64,000 bases of DNA, taken from the NCBI GenBank assembly GCA_963666565.1, contig OY762911.1, forward strand, positions 1,344,001 to 1,408,000, given 5' to 3'. How positions within the stretch are numbered: position 1 is the stretch's first letter; every line of letters begins with the position of its first letter. This document shows, one piece after another, positions 54,062-62,873 of the stretch. Source of the DNA: Thermoanaerobaculia bacterium. Its GTDB lineage: Bacteria > Acidobacteriota > Thermoanaerobaculia > Multivoradales > Multivoraceae. The translations under genes were made by a program, and so were the position numbers. The notes under the pieces were generated by a model. It was not told where the DNA came from. It saw only the letters and a list, made by a program, of their open reading frames with translations, and searched no databases.

Positions 54062-55402
54062 TCACCGAATCACCAGCACCCGCGCCTGCGGCGGATGCAG
54101 CCACTCGATGCCGCGGTCGGTGATCAACGCGTTCTCCTCGACGTTGATCGGTATCTTGTTGCCGTCCCACTCCTCGGCCGGCATGAAGACGATGTACTCG
54201 AGCGAGATGATCGAGTTGGGGCGGACGACGTACTTCGTGCGTTCCGGGTAGATCTCGAACAGGCTCGCGGCCATCTCGTGGCCGATGTTGCCGGCCCCGT
54301 GCATGCCGACGTTGACCTCGATGCCGGGGACGTCCTGGGCGGCCACTTCCAGCTCGGTGTAGACGTAGCCGGCGTCCCGGATGATCTGCTTCAGTTCGTC
54401 GAGCTGCTCGCGGCCGGTGCGGCCCGAGCGGACGTGCTTGCGGATGATCTCCTGCACCTTCTTCGATTCGGCGAACGTGTTCAGCACGCCGGCCGGCGGC
54501 TCGGTCTCGCCTTCGCGCAGGACGTAGGCGAAACGCTTGATGTCGGTCGAGAAGTGGTTCCGGCCGGTGCCCCAGTCGATCTGCAGGACATCGCCGCGCT
54601 GGATCACACGCTCGGTGCCGCCGATCTCGCCGCCGTCCGGGAGGTGGGTGTAGACGGTGGGAAACCAGCCGCGCAGCAGGTCGTGGTCGTGCAGCTTCTG
54701 CTCCAGCCAGCGGGCGACGTCGTTGTGCGTCGTCTTGCCCGGGGTGATGACCTCGTTGGACAGCGCTCGCTCCAGCAGCCGCCGCGTGAGGTCGCCGACC
54801 TTCGCGAACTCGACGATCTCGCCGGCGACCCGCTCTCCGCGAAAGTCGGCGATCAGGTGCTGGGCGGAGGTGAAGCGGGCCGCGTACTTCTCGCCGAGCT
54901 CGCTCGTGAGGAACTTGAAGTCCGTGTGCGTGAGTCCGTCCGCTACGTGGAGGCCTTCGGCGTTGTAGGGAACCGCGAGGTAGTTGAGACCGATGGTCCG
55001 GGGATCGCGCTCCTCGACGATCGACCGCAGCTCTTCGAACCGCCCGAACCGGTCGTAGGCGCCGCATTCCGCGGCCAGATCGTTCTCGCGGCCGAGTTGG
55101 ATCCGTTCGATGCGGTCGCCGCCGCGGTCGATGAAGATGAAGAAGCTCTGGCCGTTGACGGTCGAGATGCCGAAGTCGCGGGTCATCGGCTGGGTGCCGC
55201 GGCCCCGATCGGTCACGATCCACATGTCGATGCCGTTGCGCCGCATGGCGCCCGGCAGCACGTAGTCGAACTTGTCGTGCCGGATCATGCAGGAGGCTTC
55301 CCACCTCGAACGCACGTCGTCGGGTTCGGTGCTCGAAGCCGGCGCGGCGACTGCGACGGTCGTCAGGGCCGCGGCGAGAACGGTTGGCAGCACACGTTTC
55401 AT
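54062..55402 (-). CDS. exported M24 (Xaa-Pro) peptidase family protein
   Basis: Signal MKRVLPTVLAAAL; GDVLQIDWG, TDIKR, HGAG, SLEY, EEN. Confidence 0.8.
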   Translation of the reverse strand: MKRVLPTVLAAALTTVAVAAPASSTEPDDVRSRWEASCMIRHDKFDYVLPGAMRRNGIDMWIVTDRGRGTQPMTRDFGISTVNGQSFFIFIDRGGDRIERIQLGRENDLAAECGAYDRFGRFEELRSIVEERDPRTIGLNYLAVPYNAEGLHVADGLTHTDFKFLTSELGEKYAARFTSAQHLIADFRGERVAGEIVEFAKVGDLTRRLLERALSNEVITPGKTTHNDVARWLEQKLHDHDLLRGWFPTVYTHLPDGGEIGGTERVIQRGDVLQIDWGTGRNHFSTDIKRFAYVLREGETEPPAGVLNTFAESKKVQEIIRKHVRSGRTGREQLDELKQIIRDAGYVYTELEVAAQDVPGIEVNVGMHGAGNIGHEMAASLFEIYPERTKYVVRPNSIISLEYIVFMPAEEWDGNKIPINVEENALITDRGIEWLHPPQARVLVIR

Positions 55403-55418
55403 CTTGTTCTCCTGGACT

Positions 55419-55461
55419 GGGTGCGCGGGTCTTCCGACCCGCTGCCGCCGGAGGCGGCCGG
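55419..55461 (+). repeat. REP-like repeat copy 11 (extended form)
   Basis: Exact core plus second hairpin. Confidence 0.85.
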
Positions 55462-55627
55462 AAGGACTTGTGCCGGTCCTCAGGCCGCTGCCGCCCCTGG
55501 CGGTCAGGTTTCGTGCAAGCTGAATCGAATCACTATAGCCCCGCCGCCGGCCGGCCGAGAGGGCGATAGCGTCGGGCGCCGGCCGGTACGGCCGGTGCGT
55601 CCCATCCGCACAACCTGGAGAGACCGA

Positions 55628-57637
55628 ATGACATCCGACCCACGCCGCCTCCTGCTGCCGTTCCTCGTGCTCGCCGTCCCCGCCTGCGCGGCGCCGGACG
55701 GCGACGGCGCCGCGAACGGGGCCATTCCAGGCGCCGCCGTCACCCGCACGGAAGACCGGCCCGCCTGCCTCGACGCCACGCCGCTCCGCCAGGCGCTGTT
55801 CGGCGACCTGCACGTCCACACCAGCTTCTCGTTCGACGCCGCGGCCAACAGCACCGGCGCGACGCCGGCGGACGCCTACCGCTTCGCGAAGGGCGAGTCG
55901 ATCCCGTTCTGGCCCATCGGCGCGGACGGCGCGCCCGAGGGCAGCATCGCGATCGACCGGCCGCTCGACTTCGTGGCGGTCACCGACCACGGCGAGTTTC
56001 TGGGCGAACGCCGCCTGTGCCGGGATCCGGAGTCGCCGCGTTACGGCTCGGAGTTCTGCACGACGTTCCGCTCGGACCAGCGCGTGGGAATGCAGATGCT
56101 CGGCGCCGTCATCACGACCGAGACGCCGAGCAGGACCGAGGAACTGTGCGGCGAGGACGGGTCGCTCTGCCGCGATTGGGCAATGAGCCCGTGGCAGGAG
56201 ATCATCGAAGCGGCCGAGGATGCCTACGACCGGACAGGCGCGTGCAGTTTCACCACCTTCGTGGGCTACGAGTACACCGGCACGCCGGGGATCTCGAATT
56301 ACCATCGAAACGTCGTCTTCCGGAGCGCGGACGTGCCGGAGCTGCCGGTTTCCTACATCGACGCGCCGACGGACAGCCTGCTCTGGGAGCGGCTCGATGA
56401 AGTCTGCGGCGACGGGTCGGCGCGGCCCGGTTGCGACTACCTGACGATCCCGCACAACAGCAATCTCGCGAACGGCCGGATGGCGCCGTACCGGGGACTG
56501 GACGGAACGCTCGAAGCGCGCCGCGCCTACGCGGAGAAGCGGCTGGAGCGCGAGCCGATCGTCGAGATCTTCCAGCACAAGGGCGGCTCCGAGTGCATCA
56601 ACGGCCTGGCCTCCGTGTTCGCCGAACCGGACGAACTGTGCGACGTGGAGGCGGTGCGGGTGCTGGGTCGCGAAGAGACGGTCCAGTCCCTCCTCCAGGG
56701 CGAACTCACCGAGATCACCGGGGAGTGCCCGGAGGGTGAGAACGGCAACCAGGGCATGCTCGGCGCCGGCTGCGTCGACCGGACCGACTTTGTTCGCTCC
56801 GCGCTCGTCGTCGGCCTGGAGGAGGAGATGGAGACCGGCCTCAATCCGGTCAAGCTCGGCATCGTCGCGTCCACGGACACGCACACGGCGACGCCGGGAG
56901 CCGTGGCGGAAGAGGACTGGCGCGGCGCGGTTTCCCTGGAGGCGACGCCGGCGGAGCGCCTTCAGCCCGGTCTCCTGACCAGCGGCATCGACGGCAACCC
57001 CGGCGGCCTGGCCGGCGTCTGGGCGGTCGAGAACTCCCGCGACGCGATCTTCGAGGCGATGGAGCGGCGCGAAGTGTTCGGCACCTCGGGTCCGCGGATC
57101 CGCCCGCGGTTCTTCGGCGGCTGGGGCTACGCCGGGAACCTGTGCGACCGGACCGATCTGCTCGATCAGGCCTACGCCGGCGGCGTGCCGATGGGCGCCG
57201 ACCTGCCGGCGTCCGCCGACGGCGCCGCGCCGACCTTCCTCGCCTTCGCCGCCCGGGACCCGGCGGACGGCGCCGGACTCCTGCAGCAGCTCCAGCTCGT
57301 CAAGGGCTGGGTCGACGCCGACGGCACGGGCCGCACCCAGGTCGTCCCGATCGCCGGATCGCCCGACAACGGAGCGAGCGTCGATCCGTTGACGGGCGAG
57401 CGGAGCGGCCAAGGCCACGACAGCCTCTGCGCCGTCTACCGCGACGAGGAGTTCGATGCCGGTCAGCACGCCTACTACTATCTGCGGGTGGTGGAGAACC
57501 CCAGCCTGCGCTGGAGCTGGTACGACTGCCAGCGCCTCGCCGAGGAAGACCGGCCCGCCGTGTGCTCGGACGGGTCCTACCTCGAGACGATCCAGGAGAT
57601 GGCCTGGACCTCGCCGATCTGGTACCGGCCGGAGTAG
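55628..57637 (+). CDS. DUF3604 (PHP-like) lipoprotein
   Basis: FGDLHVHTSFSFDA, VTDHGE, HRNVVFR, IPHNSN, STDTH, AWTSPIWY. Confidence 0.85.
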   Translation: MTSDPRRLLLPFLVLAVPACAAPDGDGAANGAIPGAAVTRTEDRPACLDATPLRQALFGDLHVHTSFSFDAAANSTGATPADAYRFAKGESIPFWPIGADGAPEGSIAIDRPLDFVAVTDHGEFLGERRLCRDPESPRYGSEFCTTFRSDQRVGMQMLGAVITTETPSRTEELCGEDGSLCRDWAMSPWQEIIEAAEDAYDRTGACSFTTFVGYEYTGTPGISNYHRNVVFRSADVPELPVSYIDAPTDSLLWERLDEVCGDGSARPGCDYLTIPHNSNLANGRMAPYRGLDGTLEARRAYAEKRLEREPIVEIFQHKGGSECINGLASVFAEPDELCDVEAVRVLGREETVQSLLQGELTEITGECPEGENGNQGMLGAGCVDRTDFVRSALVVGLEEEMETGLNPVKLGIVASTDTHTATPGAVAEEDWRGAVSLEATPAERLQPGLLTSGIDGNPGGLAGVWAVENSRDAIFEAMERREVFGTSGPRIRPRFFGGWGYAGNLCDRTDLLDQAYAGGVPMGADLPASADGAAPTFLAFAARDPADGAGLLQQLQLVKGWVDADGTGRTQVVPIAGSPDNGASVDPLTGERSGQGHDSLCAVYRDEEFDAGQHAYYYLRVVENPSLRWSWYDCQRLAEEDRPAVCSDGSYLETIQEMAWTSPIWYRPE

Positions 57638-57682
57638 GAACGACGTGGCGGAAACCTCACGGAGGGCGTCGCTTCCGGGACC

Positions 57683-57795
57683 GGGTGCGCGGGTCTGCCA
57701 TCCGTGCGCCCGAATGACGGACGCACGGACTGGGTCACGGGTGGCGCGGTTCGCGCCACCCGGGTTCCGACCCGCATCCGGCGCGAAGCGCCGGT
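57683..57795 (+). repeat. REP-like repeat copy 12 (variant) with adjacent hairpins
   Basis: GGGTGCGCGGGTCTGCCATCCG, similar to the 8971 variant; further stem-loops follow. Confidence 0.6.
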
Positions 57796-59357
57796 CTGAA
57801 AGACAACCAACCCATTGGGCGAGCAGCTTCGTCGCGTCACGGATCGCGGTCACCGCGGTTCTCCTCGCCGCCTGCGCCGACGCCGGCGGGAACCCGCCGC
57901 CGGCCGCCAGCCAGGAACCGACGCTCGGCGAGAGCCTGGTCGCCCGCGGCCAGGAACACGAACTCGACACCGTCCGCGTGCCGCCGCCGGGCGACTTCAT
58001 CGAGCACGAAGCCGCCGGCTTCGCCAAGGTCCTGTGCTCCGCCGTCTTCCTGACCGGACTCGACTTCGAGGGCGCCCAGACCTGGATCGGCGGGTTCACT
58101 TCCCGCCACCGCTACCGCGACCGGCTGCCGGGTCGTCAACTCGACCGTGAGAACCGGCGCGTGCACATCACGACCGACACGGGCGTCACCCGCACCGCGG
58201 TGCTCCACGGCGATCAGGGCTGCGTCGCCCTGCCCAGCGGGGAAGACGCCCCGTTCTACGAGACCGTTCCCGTCACCAGCACCCTCGACGAGAGCGCCCC
58301 CTGGCCGATGGGCGACGCGCTGCCCGACGAGCCGCTGCCCGACGACATCGACGCGGCGAAGCTCGCCGCGGCGGTGGACGCCGCCTTCGACCCGGACGCG
58401 ATGACCCTCGCCTTCGTCGTCCTCCACCGCGGCCGCCTGATCGCCGAGCGCTACCGCGAGGGGATCGACAAGGACACGCCGCTCGAGAGCTGGTCGATGA
58501 ACAAGAGCCTGTCGGCCACGCTGATGGGCGTCCTGATCGAGCAGGGCGCCTACGCGCTCGACCAGTTGGCGCCGGTCGACTCCTGGCACGAGGACCCGGA
58601 CGACGTTCGCGGCACGATCCGCATCCAGGACATCCTCCGCATGTCGAGCGGCCTGCGCTGCGTGAACGCCGGCGACCCGGAGTACGACGAGGCCGCGATG
58701 GGCTATCCGGACCACCTCTATCTCTACACCGGCACGGTGAACTCCCACCTCTGGGCCACCGAACGGCCGCCGCAATGGCCGCCGAACACGATCGGCCGCT
58801 ACCGGAACTGCGACCCGATCCTGACCAACCACCTGGTGCGTCTGGCCGTCGAGGGCCGCGGCGACAACTACCACCGGTTCCCCCAGAAGCACCTCTTCGA
58901 CCGGATCGGCGTCCGGCGCTTCGTCGCCGAGGCGGACCCCTACGGCAACTTCCTGCTGAACGGCTACGGCTTCGGGTCCGGCCGCACCTGGGCGCGTCTC
59001 GGCCAGCTCTACCTGGACGACGGCATCGCGCCCACGGGCGAGCGCGTGCTCCCCGAGAGCTTCGTCGAGTTCGTCAGCACCCCGGCGCCGGCCTGGGTCG
59101 CCGACGGCCGGCCGATCTACGGCGGCTTCTTCTGGATCAACAACCCGCCGCGCGGCGGCGGCAAGCGCTACCCGTCACTGCCGAACAGCGCGTTCAGCAT
59201 GCAGGGCGCCGGCGGCCAGAGCACGATCGTCGTGCCGTCGCACGAGATGGTGGTGGTGCGGCTCGGGCTCTACGAGGGGTCGTTCGGCGGGCATGCCGAT
59301 GCGTCGCTGCAGAGCGCACTGGCTCTGCTGGTCGAGGCGATTCCGGTGGCGCGCTGA
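57714..59357 (+). CDS. serine hydrolase / beta-lactamase family lipoprotein; start uncertain
   Basis: AKVLCSAVF, SWSMNK (SxxK), LRMSSGL, YRN, GAGGQ. Confidence 0.8.
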   Translation: MTDARTGSRVARFAPPGFRPASGAKRRSERQPTHWASSFVASRIAVTAVLLAACADAGGNPPPAASQEPTLGESLVARGQEHELDTVRVPPPGDFIEHEAAGFAKVLCSAVFLTGLDFEGAQTWIGGFTSRHRYRDRLPGRQLDRENRRVHITTDTGVTRTAVLHGDQGCVALPSGEDAPFYETVPVTSTLDESAPWPMGDALPDEPLPDDIDAAKLAAAVDAAFDPDAMTLAFVVLHRGRLIAERYREGIDKDTPLESWSMNKSLSATLMGVLIEQGAYALDQLAPVDSWHEDPDDVRGTIRIQDILRMSSGLRCVNAGDPEYDEAAMGYPDHLYLYTGTVNSHLWATERPPQWPPNTIGRYRNCDPILTNHLVRLAVEGRGDNYHRFPQKHLFDRIGVRRFVAEADPYGNFLLNGYGFGSGRTWARLGQLYLDDGIAPTGERVLPESFVEFVSTPAPAWVADGRPIYGGFFWINNPPRGGGKRYPSLPNSAFSMQGAGGQSTIVVPSHEMVVVRLGLYEGSFGGHADASLQSALALLVEAIPVAR

Positions 59358-59524
59358 GCGTCCGCGGCGACTGCCTGCTCGAGTAGGTCAGACTTCGTCG
59401 CAAGATCGCGGTGGCCGCTTTGAATGGCGCCGATCAGATCGCCAGCCAGTTCGGCACAAGTCGGCGTTGCCGGCGGCCGCTTGACTGAGCGTGCGGGTAT
59501 GCGCTGGATCGTAGTACGATTCGC

Positions 59525-59553
59525 TGCTAGTGTGATCTAGCTAGACTAGCTAG
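59525..59553 (+). promoter_or_regulatory. TA promoter (TGCTAGTGT) with CTAGCTAG operator palindromes
   Basis: TCTAGCTAGA (59536-59545) and CTAGCTAG (59546-59553) between the -10 and the RBS. Confidence 0.6.
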
Positions 59554-59564
59554 GAGGAAGCAAG

Positions 59565-59795
59565 ATGCTCGTCAACATGCACGCCGCCAAGTCACAATTG
59601 TCGAAGCTCATCGTCGCCGCCGAAGCGGGCGACGACGTGATCATCGCCCGCAGGGGCAAGCCCGCGGTGAGGCTGGTTCCGGTGACGTCGAAGACGTTCC
59701 GTTTCGGCAGTTTGGCGCATCTCGTCAAGACCGTGCCTCACTTCGATGAAGCGATGGACGAGACCGAACTGGCTCTCTGGGAGGGAACGTCCTGA
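59565..59795 (+). CDS. Phd/YefM family antitoxin
   Basis: VNMHAAKSQLSKLI...IIARRGKPAVRLVP. Confidence 0.9.
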   Translation: MLVNMHAAKSQLSKLIVAAEAGDDVIIARRGKPAVRLVPVTSKTFRFGSLAHLVKTVPHFDEAMDETELALWEGTS

Positions 59796-60187
59796 GTTCG
59801 GTCCTGCTGGACACTCACGCGTGGATCTGGAGCCTCATGGCGCCGGACCGTCTCGCCGGCGCTGCGGAGGCCGCCGTGCTCGATGCCGACGTGGTCTATG
59901 TCAGCCCGATCAGCGTCTACGAGGTGACGAGAAAGGTGCGACTGGGCAAATGGCAGGAAATGGCGCCGCACGTCGACGCCTTGGTGACCGAGACCGAGAC
60001 CCTGGCTGCTCCCTTCACTCGGGCCATCGCAGCTCGGGCCGGAATGCTCGGCTGGGCGCATCGCGATCCGTTCGATCGTTTCATCGCCTCCTCCTCGATC
60101 GAACTGGGCTGCCCGCTGATCTCCAAGGACGCAGAGTTCGACGCACTCGAAGGGACGTCGGGCTGGCGGGGGCGGATCTGGTCCTGA
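59792..60187 (+). CDS. vapC: VapC PIN-domain toxin (probable CTG start)
   Basis: LLDTHAWIW, SVYE, HRDPFDR, LISKD; the N-terminal catalytic Asp lies upstream of the first ATG. Confidence 0.85.
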   Translation: MSSVLLDTHAWIWSLMAPDRLAGAAEAAVLDADVVYVSPISVYEVTRKVRLGKWQEMAPHVDALVTETETLAAPFTRAIAARAGMLGWAHRDPFDRFIASSSIELGCPLISKDAEFDALEGTSGWRGRIWS

Positions 60188-60232
60188 CCGCCGAGTCGGC
60201 GCCGCTGTCGATGAGCGGCGCACTCAGTGGTG

Positions 60233-62209
60233 CTACGCGTCGGGTTCTTCAGTGATCAGGATGTTGCCCAGCGCGCCTGCGTCGAGTTCCCCGTCGCCGG
60301 CCGGGAACTCGTTCACCTGCAGCATGTAGGTGAGGATGTCGAGGTAGGTTTCCCGCGGCAGGCTGGCCGGATTGTCGGTCGGCATGGTGGTCCGGATCGC
60401 CTCATACAGTTCGTGCAGCGTTTTGTCTCCCCACAGGAACTGGAAGCTGACGCCGACGAGGCCGGGGGAGTTGCTGCCGCCGCCGAGATCTTCGCCGTGG
60501 CAGGTGGCGCAGTTCTGGACATACGGCCTGGTGCCTCGCTCCGCCTGCTCGACGGTGTAGACGCCGTCCCAGACGGTGAGGGAGGCGCCGGCCGTCGCCG
60601 CTGCTCCGCCGCGGTCCGCCGCCGTGGTGCGGGTTCGTTCGGCCGTCGCCTGCAAGTCGGCGGGCAGCGCGAAGACGTGGATCGAGTTGCCGTTGGTCGG
60701 GCGCCGCACGTGGGGGATGAGGTCCCGCGGCACCATCGTGGCCCAACTGGCGCCGCCCGTGCCCACAGGAATCGCCACGTACTGGCGGCCCCCGGCGAGA
60801 TAGGTCACCGGGAAGCCCTGGGCCGATGTGGGCAGCCGGGTCTGCCAGAGGATGCGGCCGGTCCGCGCCTCGTAGGCGTACACGTAGCGGTCGTAGTCGC
60901 CGGCGAAGACGACGCCGCCGCCGGTCGCCAGCGCGGCGGTGTTCATCGGCGACAGGGTCCGGTGCCGCCACATGATGTCGCCCTCCCTGACGTCGATCAC
61001 CATCAGCTCGCCGAGGTTGCCTCCCGAGTAGGGATGCAGCGTGTTGATGCGGCGTACCGGGCCGGCGCCGCCGCCGCCGAGGACGCGCTCGACGGGGCCG
61101 AAGGTGGCGAGTTCGCAGTTCATCGTCATCGGGATGTAGAGGGCGCCCGTGTTCGGGTCGTAGGACATGGCGCGCCAGCTCTTGAACCCGGATGTGCTCG
61201 GGCACATGTTGATCTCGACGCCGATCTCCGGGATCAGTTCCGGGCGGTAGGTCACCTCGCCCGTCTCGCGGTCGACGTCGACGAGGTTCTGGTAGCCGAC
61301 ATCGATCGCGTCCAGGAACTCACCCGTCTCCCGGTCTAGCTCCCACAGGATGCCGAGCTTGCCCATCTTGTAGAGCTTCTTCCGGCCCTCGACATCGATG
61401 AGGAGCGTCTCGAAGACTTCGTCCATGTCGTGGGTCTCGCCGGGCAGGTACTGGTAGTACCAGAGCAGCTCGCCGGTGTCGGGGTCGAGCGCAAGGCTGG
61501 AGTTCGTGTACAGCGCGTCGCCGTCCGTGCCGCGGACGGAGCGGGCCCACGGCTTGGCCTGGGAGGTGGCCCAGTAGACGATCCTGAGTTCCGGGTCGTA
61601 GCTGCCGGCGATCCAGGCGTCGCTGCCGGCACGGAAGCGGAGCGGCAGGTCGCCCCAGGTATCGCCGCCCGGCTCGCCGGGGCGCGCCACGGTCGAGGTG
61701 CGCCAGATCTCCTCGCCGGTGTCCGGATCGTGGCCGGTGATGAAGCAGACGTCGTCCTTGTAGCGGCCGCAGCCGGTGATGCCGGTGACCAGCTTGCCGT
61801 CGGCAACGATCGGGCCGGCGGTGTAGCGGTAGCCGAGAGCCGGGTCGGCGGTCCGCGTCTCCCAGATCGGCTTCCCGTCGCGGGCGTCCAGCGCGAAGAT
61901 CGTCGCCCAAGGGCTGGCGCCGAAGATGCGGTCGCCGAAGATCGCGATGTTCTTCTGCACGCCGCGGCCGAAGGCGCCCGATCCGTCGCCCACGGGTTCC
62001 GGCCGATACTCCCAGAGCAGATCCCCGGTGGCGGCGTCCAAGGCCTGGACCACCGCGCCGGGGTTGGGCAGGTACATGACGCCGTTGTGGATCAGCGGCG
62101 CGGCCTCCTGCGGGGCGGTCTCCTGAGCGGCCGTTTCCTGGGCGGCCGGGCCGGCGCTCAGGAACGACATCGCGGCCAGCGAGCAGGCGAGGCGCGTCAA
62201 CGACTTCAT
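60233..62209 (-). CDS. PQQ-dependent dehydrogenase-like beta-propeller with C-terminal cytochrome c; N-terminal deletion suspected
   Basis: ALDAATGDLLW repeats, SYDPEL, ETHDMD, CATCH. Confidence 0.85.
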   Translation of the reverse strand: MKSLTRLACSLAAMSFLSAGPAAQETAAQETAPQEAAPLIHNGVMYLPNPGAVVQALDAATGDLLWEYRPEPVGDGSGAFGRGVQKNIAIFGDRIFGASPWATIFALDARDGKPIWETRTADPALGYRYTAGPIVADGKLVTGITGCGRYKDDVCFITGHDPDTGEEIWRTSTVARPGEPGGDTWGDLPLRFRAGSDAWIAGSYDPELRIVYWATSQAKPWARSVRGTDGDALYTNSSLALDPDTGELLWYYQYLPGETHDMDEVFETLLIDVEGRKKLYKMGKLGILWELDRETGEFLDAIDVGYQNLVDVDRETGEVTYRPELIPEIGVEINMCPSTSGFKSWRAMSYDPNTGALYIPMTMNCELATFGPVERVLGGGGAGPVRRINTLHPYSGGNLGELMVIDVREGDIMWRHRTLSPMNTAALATGGGVVFAGDYDRYVYAYEARTGRILWQTRLPTSAQGFPVTYLAGGRQYVAIPVGTGGASWATMVPRDLIPHVRRPTNGNSIHVFALPADLQATAERTRTTAADRGGAAATAGASLTVWDGVYTVEQAERGTRPYVQNCATCHGEDLGGGSNSPGLVGVSFQFLWGDKTLHELYEAIRTTMPTDNPASLPRETYLDILTYMLQVNEFPAGDGELDAGALGNILITEEPDA

Positions 62210-62283
62210 GCGGAACGCGCGATGCTACTTCACCGCCGAAGCCCGCATCGCATCGGGGATCGCCGAACCGGTGGCGAAGCTCC

Positions 62284-62676
62284 TCAGCCCTTGAGGCGCT
62301 TGAAGACCCAGATCGCGCTCACGGCAGCTACGCCGGCGTAGAGAAAGATGCCGAGCCCGCCAAGCGTTCCGGTGAGCCCTTCTCCGATGTACGGGATGTG
62401 CGTAAGCACTCCGTGAGCGTGCGACGCGTGCCCATGCTCGTCCATGGCGTTGCTCCACCCGGGTTCCCGCCGGCTTGCGACGCCGACCGCGATGGCCAAT
62501 ACCAGGAATCCGGTCGCGTCCTCGACATCGACCTTCACCGCGGCGTACGCGATGCCGACGACGATCAGAAGGAGCGTGTCCATCGGCACCACTTCGGGTG
62601 CGAAGCCCCTCAGGAGCGCGAGTATCGCGGCCAAGGCCACGAGGATTCTGCCAGCCGTGTCTCTGCTACTAGGCAT
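62284..62676 (-). CDS. small 4-TM membrane protein with His-rich loop
   Basis: Hydrophobic helices; DEHGHASHAH loop; GGAGAG RBS. Confidence 0.6.
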   Translation of the reverse strand: MPSSRDTAGRILVALAAILALLRGFAPEVVPMDTLLLIVVGIAYAAVKVDVEDATGFLVLAIAVGVASRREPGWSNAMDEHGHASHAHGVLTHIPYIGEGLTGTLGGLGIFLYAGVAAVSAIWVFKRLKG

Positions 62677-62873
62677 GTCATCTCTCCCAGGGTCCGCTCT
62701 CGCCTGATCGCGAGAAACTCATGGAGAGATTACACCTTTGCTCGGTGTACTCGTGCTCGCCGCGGGCCACCTTCGTCCAGCCCGGTCCGCGGCCGTTCCG
62801 CGCGCGATGGCGTCGCGACAGCCTTGCTAGAGTCCCGGCCTTGGTTCCCGGTGCAGGAAACGGAGGCGATGCA

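Noticed and set aside
53969-58099. 1222-aa and 1345-aa ORFs suggesting giant overlapping proteins
   Set aside because: Each is a real gene (DUF3604 from 55628; M24 peptidase from 55402) extended by stop-free antisense sequence of the other.
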